DNA of 64,000 nucleotides, taken from contig OZ037765.1 of assembly GCA_964035545.1 (NCBI GenBank), positions 32,487,504 to 32,551,503 of the forward strand, given 5' to 3'. A program made the translations under genes and the position numbers. Each line of letters begins with the position of its first letter. Position 1 is the first letter of the stretch. Below, piece after piece: positions 28,510 through 41,400 of this stretch. The notes under the pieces were generated by a model that worked only from the letters and a program-made list of their open reading frames with translations, had not been told where the DNA came from and did not search any database. The DNA comes from Bugula neritina. Taxonomy: Eukaryota > Animalia > Bryozoa.

Positions 28510-31359
28510 ATACTCTAAATCTACCTCCTTCACCCAAAACCTGGTGCACCCCAACAATGATATCATGCTGATTGACTCTCTATTTCTGTTTCTGTGAAAT
28601 AATACGATGACTTGTTATAAATATGATATGCTCTAGCTTTAATACTTATTGCTGTTTATGCTTGTTAATACAATTTGATCAGCACTTCACAAGAATATTA
28701 TAATTTATTTTTGTTTCACAATGTTGTTTTAGCCCCAGAGCAAAGTAACCTGGATATCAATTGCCTGCCTTTTGCATATTATTATGTTAAATAAAACAAT
28801 ATTGCTTTATTCCATGTCAAACTTCTACCAACCCTTTTATAGCACCAAAATAACTTCAACAAATGACTGTCTATATGTATGTCAGTGTACTACTTCTAGG
28901 ATAAATAGTCTTTGGTACCTATCAAAGGTCCATATTTAGACTGAATTCTTAGTGGTAATTTCTAAGCTGCTTAAGGTAAATCATGTTGTTATAAGACCTT
29001 ACTTGTGAAAAGTTAAAGCTTGAAAATCATGAATAATTGCTAAGGGAAGATAACTCCTAGCTAATTCGAAACTGCTGAGCAGGTTTGTCTCTCAATCTCT
29101 GAAAACTAGGACGATTTAGTGATTCCAATTAATTGAGATAAAAAAGGCATTTCGCATGGTTAAGATTTTAAGTGGAGAAAATTAACTCTGAAATGAATTC
29201 AAAAATATGTTGATGTTTGCAGTTTCAAAATATGAACTTACATATAACATGTATATCATATATGGCTATAACCAAATATTCAAACTACATTAACATTTTA
29301 TTTGTAAGCTGCAAATATGTGTAATTGCCTATAAGACATTTATAAATTAAATGAATTAATTCAGTTAGAAAAATTCTTGTAATGTAAAATGAAAAAAGTA
29401 TGAAAACAGATATGATACAAGCTAGGAGTTAGCATGATGTGTCCTTATAGCAGTAGATATATCATATCCCCTGCCATAATATAGTACAGGATAGAAAAGC
29501 GATCTACTTTACCTTTGTTGAAGTCTACTTGTTGTTTGAACATGTGCAGGTATAATGTAAAACCACATATAACTGGAAAGTGAAACTTTTATAAACTCCA
29601 CAAGTTTAAATGGAAATAATGTTACTTCAACAATATATTGCATGTGATTAAATTAATTATGAAAGTAAATACTTTTTTTCAAAATGTGTTTGTTACTGCT
29701 AAAATACAAATATACATAATATGGATATTTGTATTTTAACTTTTTTTATATATTATATTTAAAAAAAAGTTAAAAATATTATTCCCTTAACATGCATATG
29801 CAAATAGAAACAAAAAGAGAGATAATATATACCACAGCTGGTGCCAACAAGTTTGTGAATAACTCAGTCATTTATAGATGAATCGATATGAGCAAAATGT
29901 GTTTGATAGTGCTGACCTTTCTCTAATGCTTTGTGACTGCACCAGAAACTTCCGGAACATTGAGACGTGAGGTTATTTATAGGCCTTTGTGTTTTATAGC
30001 TACAATATAATAACCTATAATATATAGGTTGTGTACATTGAAAAATTATATTATTTTGATCCAAAGTTTTGTTGCTAATATATGTAAAGAATGTCCTACG
30101 TCTTTCAGATCTAGCAGGATAATATTATTACTTTATGTGATATATTTTTAAGAATATATAATACCATACATTGTCATATTATGTTACCTACATGATATTA
30201 CATAATGTGTGTGTGTGTGTGTATGTGTTTCAAAGTCAAATCTGTCTACATGCTATTGACCTGTGTGTTTTACAACTGCTTTTATATATTTATTGCAAAA
30301 GCTTTTTAGCTATAGAGCATGGTTCTTGGGATAAACTATTTTATATTTTTATGTCAACTTGCTGGGTGGTGGTAATTTAATTTGGTGAATAAAACAAGAA
30401 CCTGCTGAGACTGTCACAACAGGCCACAGTTAAATTCCTCTTTTGCCTTGGACAGAAATGTCACAGTGACCTTCTCAAAAGTTGAACTCATTTTTTTTAT
30501 AAAACAGAACTTACTGACAGTTAAACTGTTAGGACAAAATTTGAGCATGCTATTGATCATTCTAATTATGCATTTGACCTTAAAGCTTAATTTTAGCTGA
30601 AATTGTCATGAATAGTATTCTAATAATGACATCAATTCAAGTGAGGAGTGATGACATAAAACAAGAAAGAGGTAATTAATGTTGAAGTAAATCTAATTAT
30701 TGCACCAGGCAGGACAAGGTTTGTCCTTACGATGTACTCACTTAATATGTCTTAAGGTCAGCCTGAGAAGCTGATTGAGCTGAGAGTTGAGGGCAAATTA
30801 ATGAAGAAAATGCTTGCATTCTAAGCAAAGGAAATTGCGTTTTGGTGACGATTTCAACCCTTGCTGTTAGCCAAAATTCCTCAAGGCAATTAAATTTTTT
30901 TCATCATGTGATCAGAGCAATCGCTTGATGCAGCACCAAGTTTGATGTTGCTGAGTACAGTAGTTAGGTGATCCTGACTTTATTTTAGGGTTTGGACTTG
31001 TTGACCGATAATTTTGTGCTGCATCTAGCAGTTCTCTCACTACTACTAAATGAGAACTGCTCACTATACGAAACTAACTCTAAAACAAGGAAGATAACAC
31101 AATAGCAAAAAAGCTTTCCTGTAAATTTTATAATAAAGCTGAGAAATTAAAGGCTTTAATTAATTGAACATAAAGCAATTGAAAGTTACAATATCATATT
31201 ATAAGCATCTACTCTGATATTGGCCATTGATTAATGCATTCTCTACAGCCATGAAAGAAGTGATGATAATTTCTGTTACATATCAGTTGACTGGATGCAG
31301 TTAAATTACCTGCACGGCTTTTCTACTCGCGCTATACTCTCATCCACTAGGCACTAAAG

Positions 31360-32739
31360 ATGGAGATTCCCTACAATTTAAAAGTTAGCATTGCAAAGAT
31401 GTGCAGCGAAATTGACGAGTGGAAAGAGGACACCAATACATCAGGTGTTATAGAAGAAGAATTGGCATATAAACAACTGTACTGCTCGAATCCCGTGGTC
31501 ACAAGTGACATGATCGAAAGCGCTTTAACCCCAGAAGTTCCAATTCTGGTCACTGGACTGATTGGGTTCATCCTGTGCATATTTGGACTGTTGGGCAACT
31601 GTTTGGCGATTGCAGTGTTGACAAAGAAGATATACACTCCAAGTACGTATGTTTTCCTACTGGCTCTTTCCATAGTGGACAGCTGCATTTTAGTGCTGAA
31701 GCTTTTGCTAAATTTGAATGATATGCTCAACGTGTGGACTCCAAACTCCGTTGCTTTCAACATTTATAAGACGTACTCATTCCCTTACATCAACCCTTTG
31801 TTGAAGACAGCGCATATGATTTCCATTTGGCTGACGATGGCATTCACAGTAGACAGGTATTTGATGATATGTCACCCATTTCAAGGACTCAAATATTGCA
31901 ACCGTCGACAAGCTAGAATTGCCATAGCTTTCATTTTTGCATTTGGATTTATTTACAACATACCGAATTTTCTCGAACACAAAGTTAAGACCCTTTATTT
32001 TCAAGATGAAGCGCTAGCTGTACATTACCTCACCGAAACAGGAAAGAGTTGGTTTTACCTGGTGATGTATGACCTTGTTTGTTACCTAGTGTTTGTTGTA
32101 TGCATTCCTTTTGTCATATTAGCTGTATTGAACACCAAGCTTGTCCAGACTGTTAAAAAGGTAAAGTTAGATGACAAAAGAAGGGGATGCAATGACAGTG
32201 GAGGGCAGTGCACTGATACAACAATCATGCTTATAGCAGTAGTGGTTGTCTTCTTTATTTGTCAAACGCCTGCCCTTGCTTACCATATAATATGGGCAAC
32301 TAGCAGTGGACGACTCGTGAACAATCGAACAGGATGTGAGGCGTACTGCATAACTCGTGAAGTCTCATCGCTTCTCGTAACACTGAACTCTTCGGTAAAC
32401 GTTCTCCTCTACTACCTCTTCAGCGACAAGTTCAGATGTGAACTCAGGCTAATCTGTTGTCACTGTGTGAAAAGGAACAGTTGCCCGATCACCCGACTTG
32501 ACTCAAGAACCACTCAGAAAACGGCAAAGTACACTCCTTGCCAAATGCAAAATGCCGTCTCTTTAAAGTCTAATGGCTCCAGCACAAGTGGAGATGAGAA
32601 GATTGCATTAGGTGAAGCCGGCCAGAGTCATCCACGAACCCTTGTACGACAAATCACGACCTGTTCAACGGTAGAACTGACACAGGAAGCTGCTGAGTTG
32701 TGTGGACTCAGAGGTGATGAAGCATCTGCTGCCGTTTAA
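31360..32739 (+). CDS. Class A GPCR, paralogue of 27094-28509
   Basis: Intronless 459-aa 7TM ORF sharing WLTxAFTVDRYxMICxPFxGxKYC, DTTIMLxAVVVxFF and NSxVNVLLYY with the upstream gene. Confidence 0.9.
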   Translation: MEIPYNLKVSIAKMCSEIDEWKEDTNTSGVIEEELAYKQLYCSNPVVTSDMIESALTPEVPILVTGLIGFILCIFGLLGNCLAIAVLTKKIYTPSTYVFLLALSIVDSCILVLKLLLNLNDMLNVWTPNSVAFNIYKTYSFPYINPLLKTAHMISIWLTMAFTVDRYLMICHPFQGLKYCNRRQARIAIAFIFAFGFIYNIPNFLEHKVKTLYFQDEALAVHYLTETGKSWFYLVMYDLVCYLVFVVCIPFVILAVLNTKLVQTVKKVKLDDKRRGCNDSGGQCTDTTIMLIAVVVVFFICQTPALAYHIIWATSSGRLVNNRTGCEAYCITREVSSLLVTLNSSVNVLLYYLFSDKFRCELRLICCHCVKRNSCPITRLDSRTTQKTAKYTPCQMQNAVSLKSNGSSTSGDEKIALGEAGQSHPRTLVRQITTCSTVELTQEAAELCGLRGDEASAAV

Positions 32740-34292
32740 AGTTCCTCCTCTGTACGCAGAGGTCTGAACTCGCTGCTTATTATAAAGATGCATTGGCAGC
32801 TTTTTGGGCTGATATTTCACTGATACATGCCTCTTATTTAGTGTAGATGAGATAAAACAAGCATTTGTTAAAATTTGATTACTAATACACACCAATGTAA
32901 CTGATGCAGACTAATTAAAGGATATTACATCACCAGTAAAATAGATGACACTCTTCAGCAATGTCAAGGTCATTGAAACTACCAATCTCTCATGAAAGTG
33001 TTAAAAGTTATATATATGACATCATGTTTTTTATTCAAAATAATATAGTCATAATTATTGTATGTACTTGTATAAACAATTCCCAAACATGACATTTATA
33101 GTGGCATATTTTAAAATAGATGTTTCCTGGTTAAATTTAATTATATTTAAAGCATTTCATAACATAAGGCTGCTTACTGTGACACTAATTGATGTTTCTA
33201 ATTAATGAAGCATACAGCTAGAAGCATGTAGTAAATACCTACATGATATTGTCATTACAACTTGATTGCCAGAGAGATGGTAACTCCAAGTGAAAGTTGC
33301 AGTAAGAAACTACTTTGCATTATATTCTGTAATAGCTTAGTTATCATTTTATTGCTGTTATAATTTCATCAACTTACAATTGTTGTACATATATTGATTA
33401 GTTTATATGTGATAAAAGTAATAAATATTGTGCCCCTTGCAATCACATCTTAGAATTAATTACAGCAGCTGCGTTCTGCAATCGGGGAGAGTTAAGTCCC
33501 ATCATCTATGGAATATAAACTATATTTACAATATCTCTCCTCCCCCCCCCCCCATCAATTTAATCGGCCTACTATATGCTAAAATAACCTGAAATCACTT
33601 ATGAAAAACGGGTTTGAGTAGAAAACTAGGTGTTTGCAAAATTTTTCAATGTTCATCTCAAAACTGTATTTCCAACAGAAATTTTAACTTTACTACTTTT
33701 AAATAAATAAATTAAATTCATAAAAAAATATGACAAGTATAAACAAACTTTCCATGGAGAGTAACCTGTTGCAATGACAACCACTCACTATAACCATATA
33801 GCCTACTACAGCGTGTAGGACAGAGGATTGTCTGCATGTGACATAAAAATATACTTTGGGATAATGAGGTGAGAAAGAAAGGTGAGGTGCAGTCAGACGA
33901 AGAGAGTAGGTGTGACACGTTTTAGATGAGTTAGTGATGGCGCTGACAGCTTCCAGACAGGCAGCGTCTAGAGTATCGGAGCTAAAGGTGCTAAATAGAG
34001 CAGACACTGACACCAAAGGCGCTACGACACTACAGCAGCTGTGTAATGGTCTACACAGTGAAGAGGGAACAACTCAAGTGTTGAAAATAGCTAGGTTATA
34101 AAAATAAAATTTCTATAGTAGAGTCTGAATTGTTAGAAAACATAAATATAATTATAATAATTTGTTACAAACATATACTTGAAAGAGCTATGACAAAAAT
34201 AAATACATTAATTAATAACATAAAAATGATATTTTTAGTTGAAAGCAAGTCATAATTCTTAAACACTTTATACAAAAATATACCGTAAAGAG

Positions 34293-35367
34293 TTAGGATA
34301 TTTGATCTCTAGATTGCATGTATTGGTTTATTAGATTGGAATGCATTGAAGAGGTCCGTGAGAATTCCTGTATTAGTTTATCTACAACATCAACCTCTAG
34401 AGCAGAGTTCTTCAACAGCCCTATGATGTGTAGTATTCTGCTCTCACAGGAACTGCAAAGATAATCATATAACATCACATAGTGTAACGCATATCTCACA
34501 CAGTAATGACACAGTATACTCAACTATACTATAGTGTTAATTACATATGGGTCATTTTAATAATTTAGTACACTCTAGAAATCTCCAATTTTTAGCTATT
34601 TTTTACAATTTAGCTGCTAATGAACTTATTTTTTGCCCGAAACTAGTAAAATATCAATAGTAACACCTAAATAATCAAGGTTCTTTTTAATTTTGCTTAA
34701 TTTCCCATGTTTTTTCCTATTCATTTAGGTAATTTGGATTGTGGAACATTACGGAAAAACCATAACGGTTACTAATCAAAAGTAGCTGAATAATTCGAAA
34801 AAAACATGGGAAATCAAGCAAAATTAAAAAGAACCTTGATTATTTAGGTGTTACTATTGATATTTTACCAGTTTTGGGCAAAAAGAAATTCATTAGCAGC
34901 TAAATAGTAAAACATAGCTAAAAATCGGAAATTTCTAGAGTGTATTAAATTAAGTGAAATGACCCATATATATTTATGTCAAGTGTTACAATGGTGAGGA
35001 AACAGGCTATGGAAAGGATTTAGAATAGTGAGAACACAGGCTAGGATAGGGAATTTAGACTATCTATAAGCTGCCAGATTAAAGTTTCATGAAAAAAATT
35101 TCAAAAAATAATTATCACACATATTACTGCTGACTTAATAACAGATGCAGGGCATTGAATCACATCATGGTAGGAAAGTGACAATAACACAGAGCAAGTG
35201 TTTCTATTGTGAATATCAGCAGTGAGAGAACTGGAAGGAGATATGTAGCAAGTAACTCAGTTCTCAGGCTATTTATTGGCAAGTGAATGTATTTATGTTA
35301 CACAGGCTTAGAAATTTGAGTCTTGTATACTACATCACTGGCTACAACAGTCATAGCACCACTAGCA

Positions 35368-35430
<63 letters not shown>

Positions 35431-35443
35431 ACGGGGAGAGGGG

Positions 35444-35476
<33 letters not shown>

Positions 35477-38400
35477 CGGGGAGAGAGAGAGAGAACTAGT
35501 TTACCTGAGTATACACAGTTTAGAGTAAGAGAGAAGAAAACTCCTGTCAGATGTCAGCTGCTCCTTCCTGGATATTTGGATGTCAATGAGACTGAGCAGT
35601 GAATCCACTATCTGCAAATCATACAATACCATGTGACTAGGTGTCTGCAGGTGTCACAACACCATGTGACTAGGTGTCTGCAGGTGTCACAACACCACAT
35701 AATTAGGCTTACATATCCTAGTATACTCTAATATTTTAGGTATCCAAACAAACGATTTTGTAGCTGAGCTGCTATTTGCTTACAAAAACGCGAAACATTA
35801 TTTCATCAAAGTAAGCTTCAAGTTTGCCAGCAAATGTCAACCTGAAGAGATGACGGGAAAAACAAAATCGAATGCCAAACCAAATGTGTTTTCTGAGCCT
35901 GCAAGTGGTAGCACGGGTGTGACAGTGATATGAGAACCGAATATGTATGGGAGATGCTATGCGTTAACAAAGCCAAAATTAATGGTTAAAAAGGTAGTGA
36001 CGGGACTGGATACAGAATATACAGAGTTGGACATGCAGATGTTGATACCGTGTAACAAGGAGATAAAATACTATAGCTTATAAAGAAAAGGCTATGGGTT
36101 CTATGCCAGAGGATTGCGACAGAGATTTTAGTACATACTCCATCAAATGTGCACTTTATGCTAAAGCATTTTCTTATATTCAGGGTTAATAAACTATGGT
36201 TGGTTAGTTTGGACACTTTGCAGTGATACACAGCAACAGCTGTTATGACAATGAGTAACTTTGGAGTTGCCTGATCATGGAAATGTTTAGACACCAAAAA
36301 CACAGCCAATCAACTGTAAGAATATAACTTTCCTTGCAACTGAAATGTGAATTTCAATACATTATTGCCAATAATACAGCCAACTCTTTCTTTCCTACAG
36401 CAAGTAAAATAAACTAGCCATTAGTCAGCTGATCTGGTAGAATTCACAGATTTTATACCACTTCAGCTGCAGAAAAGTGGTAATAATTCTGAACTTTAGA
36501 AAATCAAACGACACCACAGGACACCACAGAGGGTGATATTTTAGAAAAACTGAGCAGAATAAATGTGCTAAATAGAACTACATACAAAATTAGGAGCAGA
36601 AGGAGCTGATGTGTATTCAATGTACTTGCTTCCAATAGCCAGGACCTTCTCTACCTAAATATAGATGTGATAGAAGTATCGCTGTATGTGCACAGTGGAG
36701 AGTAATTCATAGGGATATCACTGTATGTGTACAGTGGAGAGTAATTCATAGGAACACTACTGTATGTGCACAATGGAGAGTAATTCATAGGAATATCACT
36801 GTATGTGCACAGTCTATATTTGTTTATAAGATTACTAGTGTGTGTGCACACTGAAAGATTGCTTTACAAAACACAAATTTAATTATTTCAATAAAAGTGG
36901 ACACAACTCCTCAAGACTACTATTATAACTATTACTGTATATGTGTAAAGCACTTACAATGGTAGCTGGGTGTAGCAGCCATTCAAGGTGAAGATATGTC
37001 AGCACTAGGGGTGGGCAGGAACTTTGCTTATGACGGCCCAGGTTACAGAACAGTTTCCAGTGCTCTGAGGCTACATTGATAAACATAACCTATATTGTAA
37101 TGAAGTATAATATAATGTAGTATAATATAATGTAGTATAATATAATGAGGTATAATATAATGTAGTATAATATAATGTAGTATAATATAATGTGGTATAA
37201 TATAATGTAATATAATATAATGTAGTATAATATAATGTGGTATAATATAATGTGGTATAATATAATGTGGTATAATATAATGTAGTATAATATAATGTAG
37301 TATAATATAATAGAGTATAATATAATGTAGTATAATATAATGAAGTATAATATAATGTGGTATAATATAATGTGGTATAATATAATGAAGTATAATATAA
37401 TGTAATATAATATAATGTGGTATAATATAATGTAGTATAATATAATGTAGTATAATATAATGAAGTATAATATAATGTGGTATAATATAATGTGGTATAA
37501 TATAATGAAGTATAATATAATGTAGTATAATATAATGTAGTATAATATAATGTAGTAAAATATAATGTAGTATAATATAATGTAGTATAATATACTGTAG
37601 TATATTATAATGTATAATATAATGTAGTATAATATAATGAGGTATAATATAATGTAGTATAATATAATGTAGTATAATATAATGTAGTATAATATAATGT
37701 ATAATATAATGTAGTATAATATAATGTAGTATAATATAATGTGGTATAATATAATGTAATATAATATAATGTAGTATAATATAATGTGGTATAATATAAT
37801 GTAATATAATATAATGTAATATAATATAATGTGGTATAATATAATGTAATATAATATAATGTAGTATAATATAATGTATAATATAATGTAATATAATATA
37901 ATGTAGTATAATATAATGTGGTATAATATAATGTAATATAATATAATGTAGTATGATATAATGTAGTATAATATAATGTAATATAATATAATGTGGTATA
38001 ATATAATGTAATATAATATAATGTGGTATAATATAATGTAATATAATATAATGTAGTATAATATAATGTAGTATAATATAATGTATAATATAATGTAATA
38101 TAATATAATGTAGTATAATATAATGTAGTATAATATAATGTAGTATAATATAATGTGGTATAATATAATGTAATATAATATAATGTAGTATAATATAATG
38201 TAGTATAATATAATGTAATATAATATAATGTAGTATAATATAATGTAGTATAATATAATGTAGTATAATATAATGAAGTATAATATAATGTGGTATAATA
38301 TAATGTGGTATAATATAATGAAGTATAATATAATGTAATATAATATAATGTGGTATAATATAATGTAGTATAATATAATGTAGTATAATATAATGAAGTA

Positions 38401-41400
38401 TAATATAATGAAGTATAATATAATGTGGTATAATATAATGTGGTATAATATAATGAAGTATAATATAATGTAGTATAATATAATGTAGTATAATATAATG
38501 TAGTAAAATATAATGTAGTATAATATAATGTAGTATAATATAATGTAGTATAATATAATGTAGTATAATATAATATAGTATAATATAATATAGTATAATA
38601 TAATGTAGTATAATATAATGTAGTATAATATAATGAAGTATAATATAATGTAGTATAATATAATGTAGTATAATATAATGTAGTATAATGTAATGTAGTA
38701 TATGTCACAAATTCTGAGTGTACATATACCTATAAATAGACTTACAGGGTTTTTCCTAATGATTATACAGGAATGTTCATAAATATTCTAGACTAATCAA
38801 AGAGATGGGTCATTGTTCATTGTTACTGTTTTGGTTAGTCATGTTAACTACTGCCCAGCAATGTAAACAAGGTATTGCGCAATAATTGCGAAATAACCAT
38901 GGAAATTCCAATGTTTTGTTTTGTTTTGATTTTCTATAAATAGTATTGGCATGTGGGGAATGTTTCCTACTAGAATCTTCTATACTGGAATGCTTGAGAA
39001 TGTTCTAGAGTCTTTTGTTTACTATAAATACTGAGGCAGTTGTGTTTACAAATCAGTTCATTCTTGGAGTTCATTTTTATACATTCATCTGTGCATATCT
39101 TACTAGAGAAATAAAGTACAATTATATTTACAACTCTATTTACTCACAACTGGATTAGCAAGCTGTATGCTACTTGTCTATACACTTCTGACTACCAGAC
39201 TTTTCGAACTCGTCACACTGCTACCAACAGTTTTGTGACAATTGGGGGCTGCTCCGGGAAGTCTCAGTCGCACACAGGGAAGTTATTAGTTACAACGTGA
39301 GTATACACAGGATTAATTAACGGTTGTTGAGACATTATGGCGTTGTTGGAGAGAGTGACACAGATGGGTAAAGACCTTGGGTTGGTGGAGGACAAGCTCA
39401 TAGCTTTTGTTGAAAAGAACCTACCCATTGTTGCTGCACAAGAAGAAAAAGAAAAGGACCGAGAGGAACGTAGATTAGAGCGTGAGGCAGAAAAGATCAG
39501 GCAAGAGAATGAGAAAGCCTTAATGGAGATGAAGATAAAAGCTGATCAGGAGGCAACGGCATTCAAGGTTAAAGCTGATCAGGAGGCAATGGCACTCAAG
39601 GTTAAAGCTGATCAGGAGGCAATGGCACTCAAGGTTCAAGCTGACCAGGAGGCAGAAGAGAGAAGACAACGACATGAATTAGATATGGAAAAGCTGAAAG
39701 CTAACACAAGTTTGGAGCACTCAAGACATGAGAGCACCAGGTTAGAAATAGCTAACAAACCAAAACCAAAAATACCATTCTTTGATGAGAAGGTGGATGA
39801 AATGGATAGCTATTTAGAGCGGTTCGAGTGGGTTGCCGAAGGATGTAACTGGGACAAGGGAGATTGGCCCTACCATCTCAGTCAGTACCTAAGGGGTACA
39901 GCAACAGAAGCTTACATCCGGTTATCACCTACCGACCGTAGAGATTATAAAAAAGTCAAAGAAGCCTTGTTGGAGCGCTTTAACTTGACTCAAGAGGGCT
40001 ACAGAAAAAAGCTCAGAGAGGCAGAAGCTTACGAGGATGAAACTCCTGCCCAACTGTTCACTAGGATAGAAACTTATGTGCACAAGTGGGTGGAGCTTTC
40101 AGGGGGCATGGACATAGCCAAACTAGTGGCGACTGAACAATTTATATCATCATGCCCAGACGACCTAGCTGTGCATTTAAAGCAAAGTTCCTACAACAGC
40201 AGTGAGGATATGTGTGATGCAGCGTCACTGTTTTTGCACGCTCGTGGAAGGAAACTAGCAAAGACTAAGAAAACTAATACAAAAAGGATGGAAAACACAC
40301 CCGCCGGTAGCATGAATGCTGAACAAGGAAGTAAAAGCGATGGGGCATGCTTCATCTGCAAAGATAAGTCACACATTGCTCGTAATTGCCCACGGCGAGC
40401 GAAGAAGTACTGTTCACATTGCAAGATGAACAACCACAATACTTCAGACTGCAGAAAGTATGGTGGGAGATCAGTGCATGCTGCTGCTGCAATAGCAACT
40501 ACTCAGAATAAGACTATGGTCACAGATCCAGGAATTTCATCTAAAGTGGAAGAACCTACGGAAATCACAGTTAATGGTAAAAAGTTTGTCAACGCTGCTG
40601 TCTGCAAGAATGGACCTAAATTCAAAGATGGGGGCACAGCGATATTTGATGCGGAAGTTAATGGCCAACGAGCTACTGTAATGCGCGACACCGGCTGTGG
40701 TTGCATTGTAGTCAATGCAAAGTATGTGCAACCTCAACACTTAACTGGAGAATCAGTTTATCTGAAAATGGCTGATGCAAGTGTTAGGGAGGCTCAGTGG
40801 GCACTTATCTTAGTGCGCTCACCATTTTACAATGGTGTCGTCAAAGCTGCAGTAATGGACAAGACGATTTGTGACCTGCTTATTGGGAATGTGGATGGAG
40901 CGAGATCAGCTGACCAGCCGCTGGAAAACTGGAAGGACTGCGCCGTAACCACAAGAGCTCAAGCTGTCAAGGAGAAGTCAGGAGACAAACCACTGATGAT
41001 TGATTCAAATGCTAACCCATTAAGTATAGGGAAAGATGAAATAGCCAGACTGCAAAGGGATGACCCCACATTGGAGCGTTTCTTCGATGCAAAAGAAGTG
41101 AAGGAGAAAAAGGGATGCACCACTAGGTTTGTGGTGAGGAACAAGATTCTGTACCGTGAGTACACCGACTCGAAGTCTGTCAGTGTAAAACCTGTTAAAC
41201 AACTCATGGTACCCAGTTCACTGAGGAAGGAAGTTCTACAGAAAGCTCATGACTGCATAATGAGCGGACACCTAGGAGTAAAGAAAACCACTGATAGAGT
41301 GCTTTCCAACTTCTTCTGGCCAGGACTAAACGGAGATGTCGTACGTTTCTGTCAATCATGTGACATTTGCCAGAAGACGGTAAAAAAAGGCTCAGTCATG

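Noticed and set aside
37605-38708. 367-aa YYTTL-repeat ORF
   Set aside because: Translation of the 15-bp satellite; no unique coding sequence.
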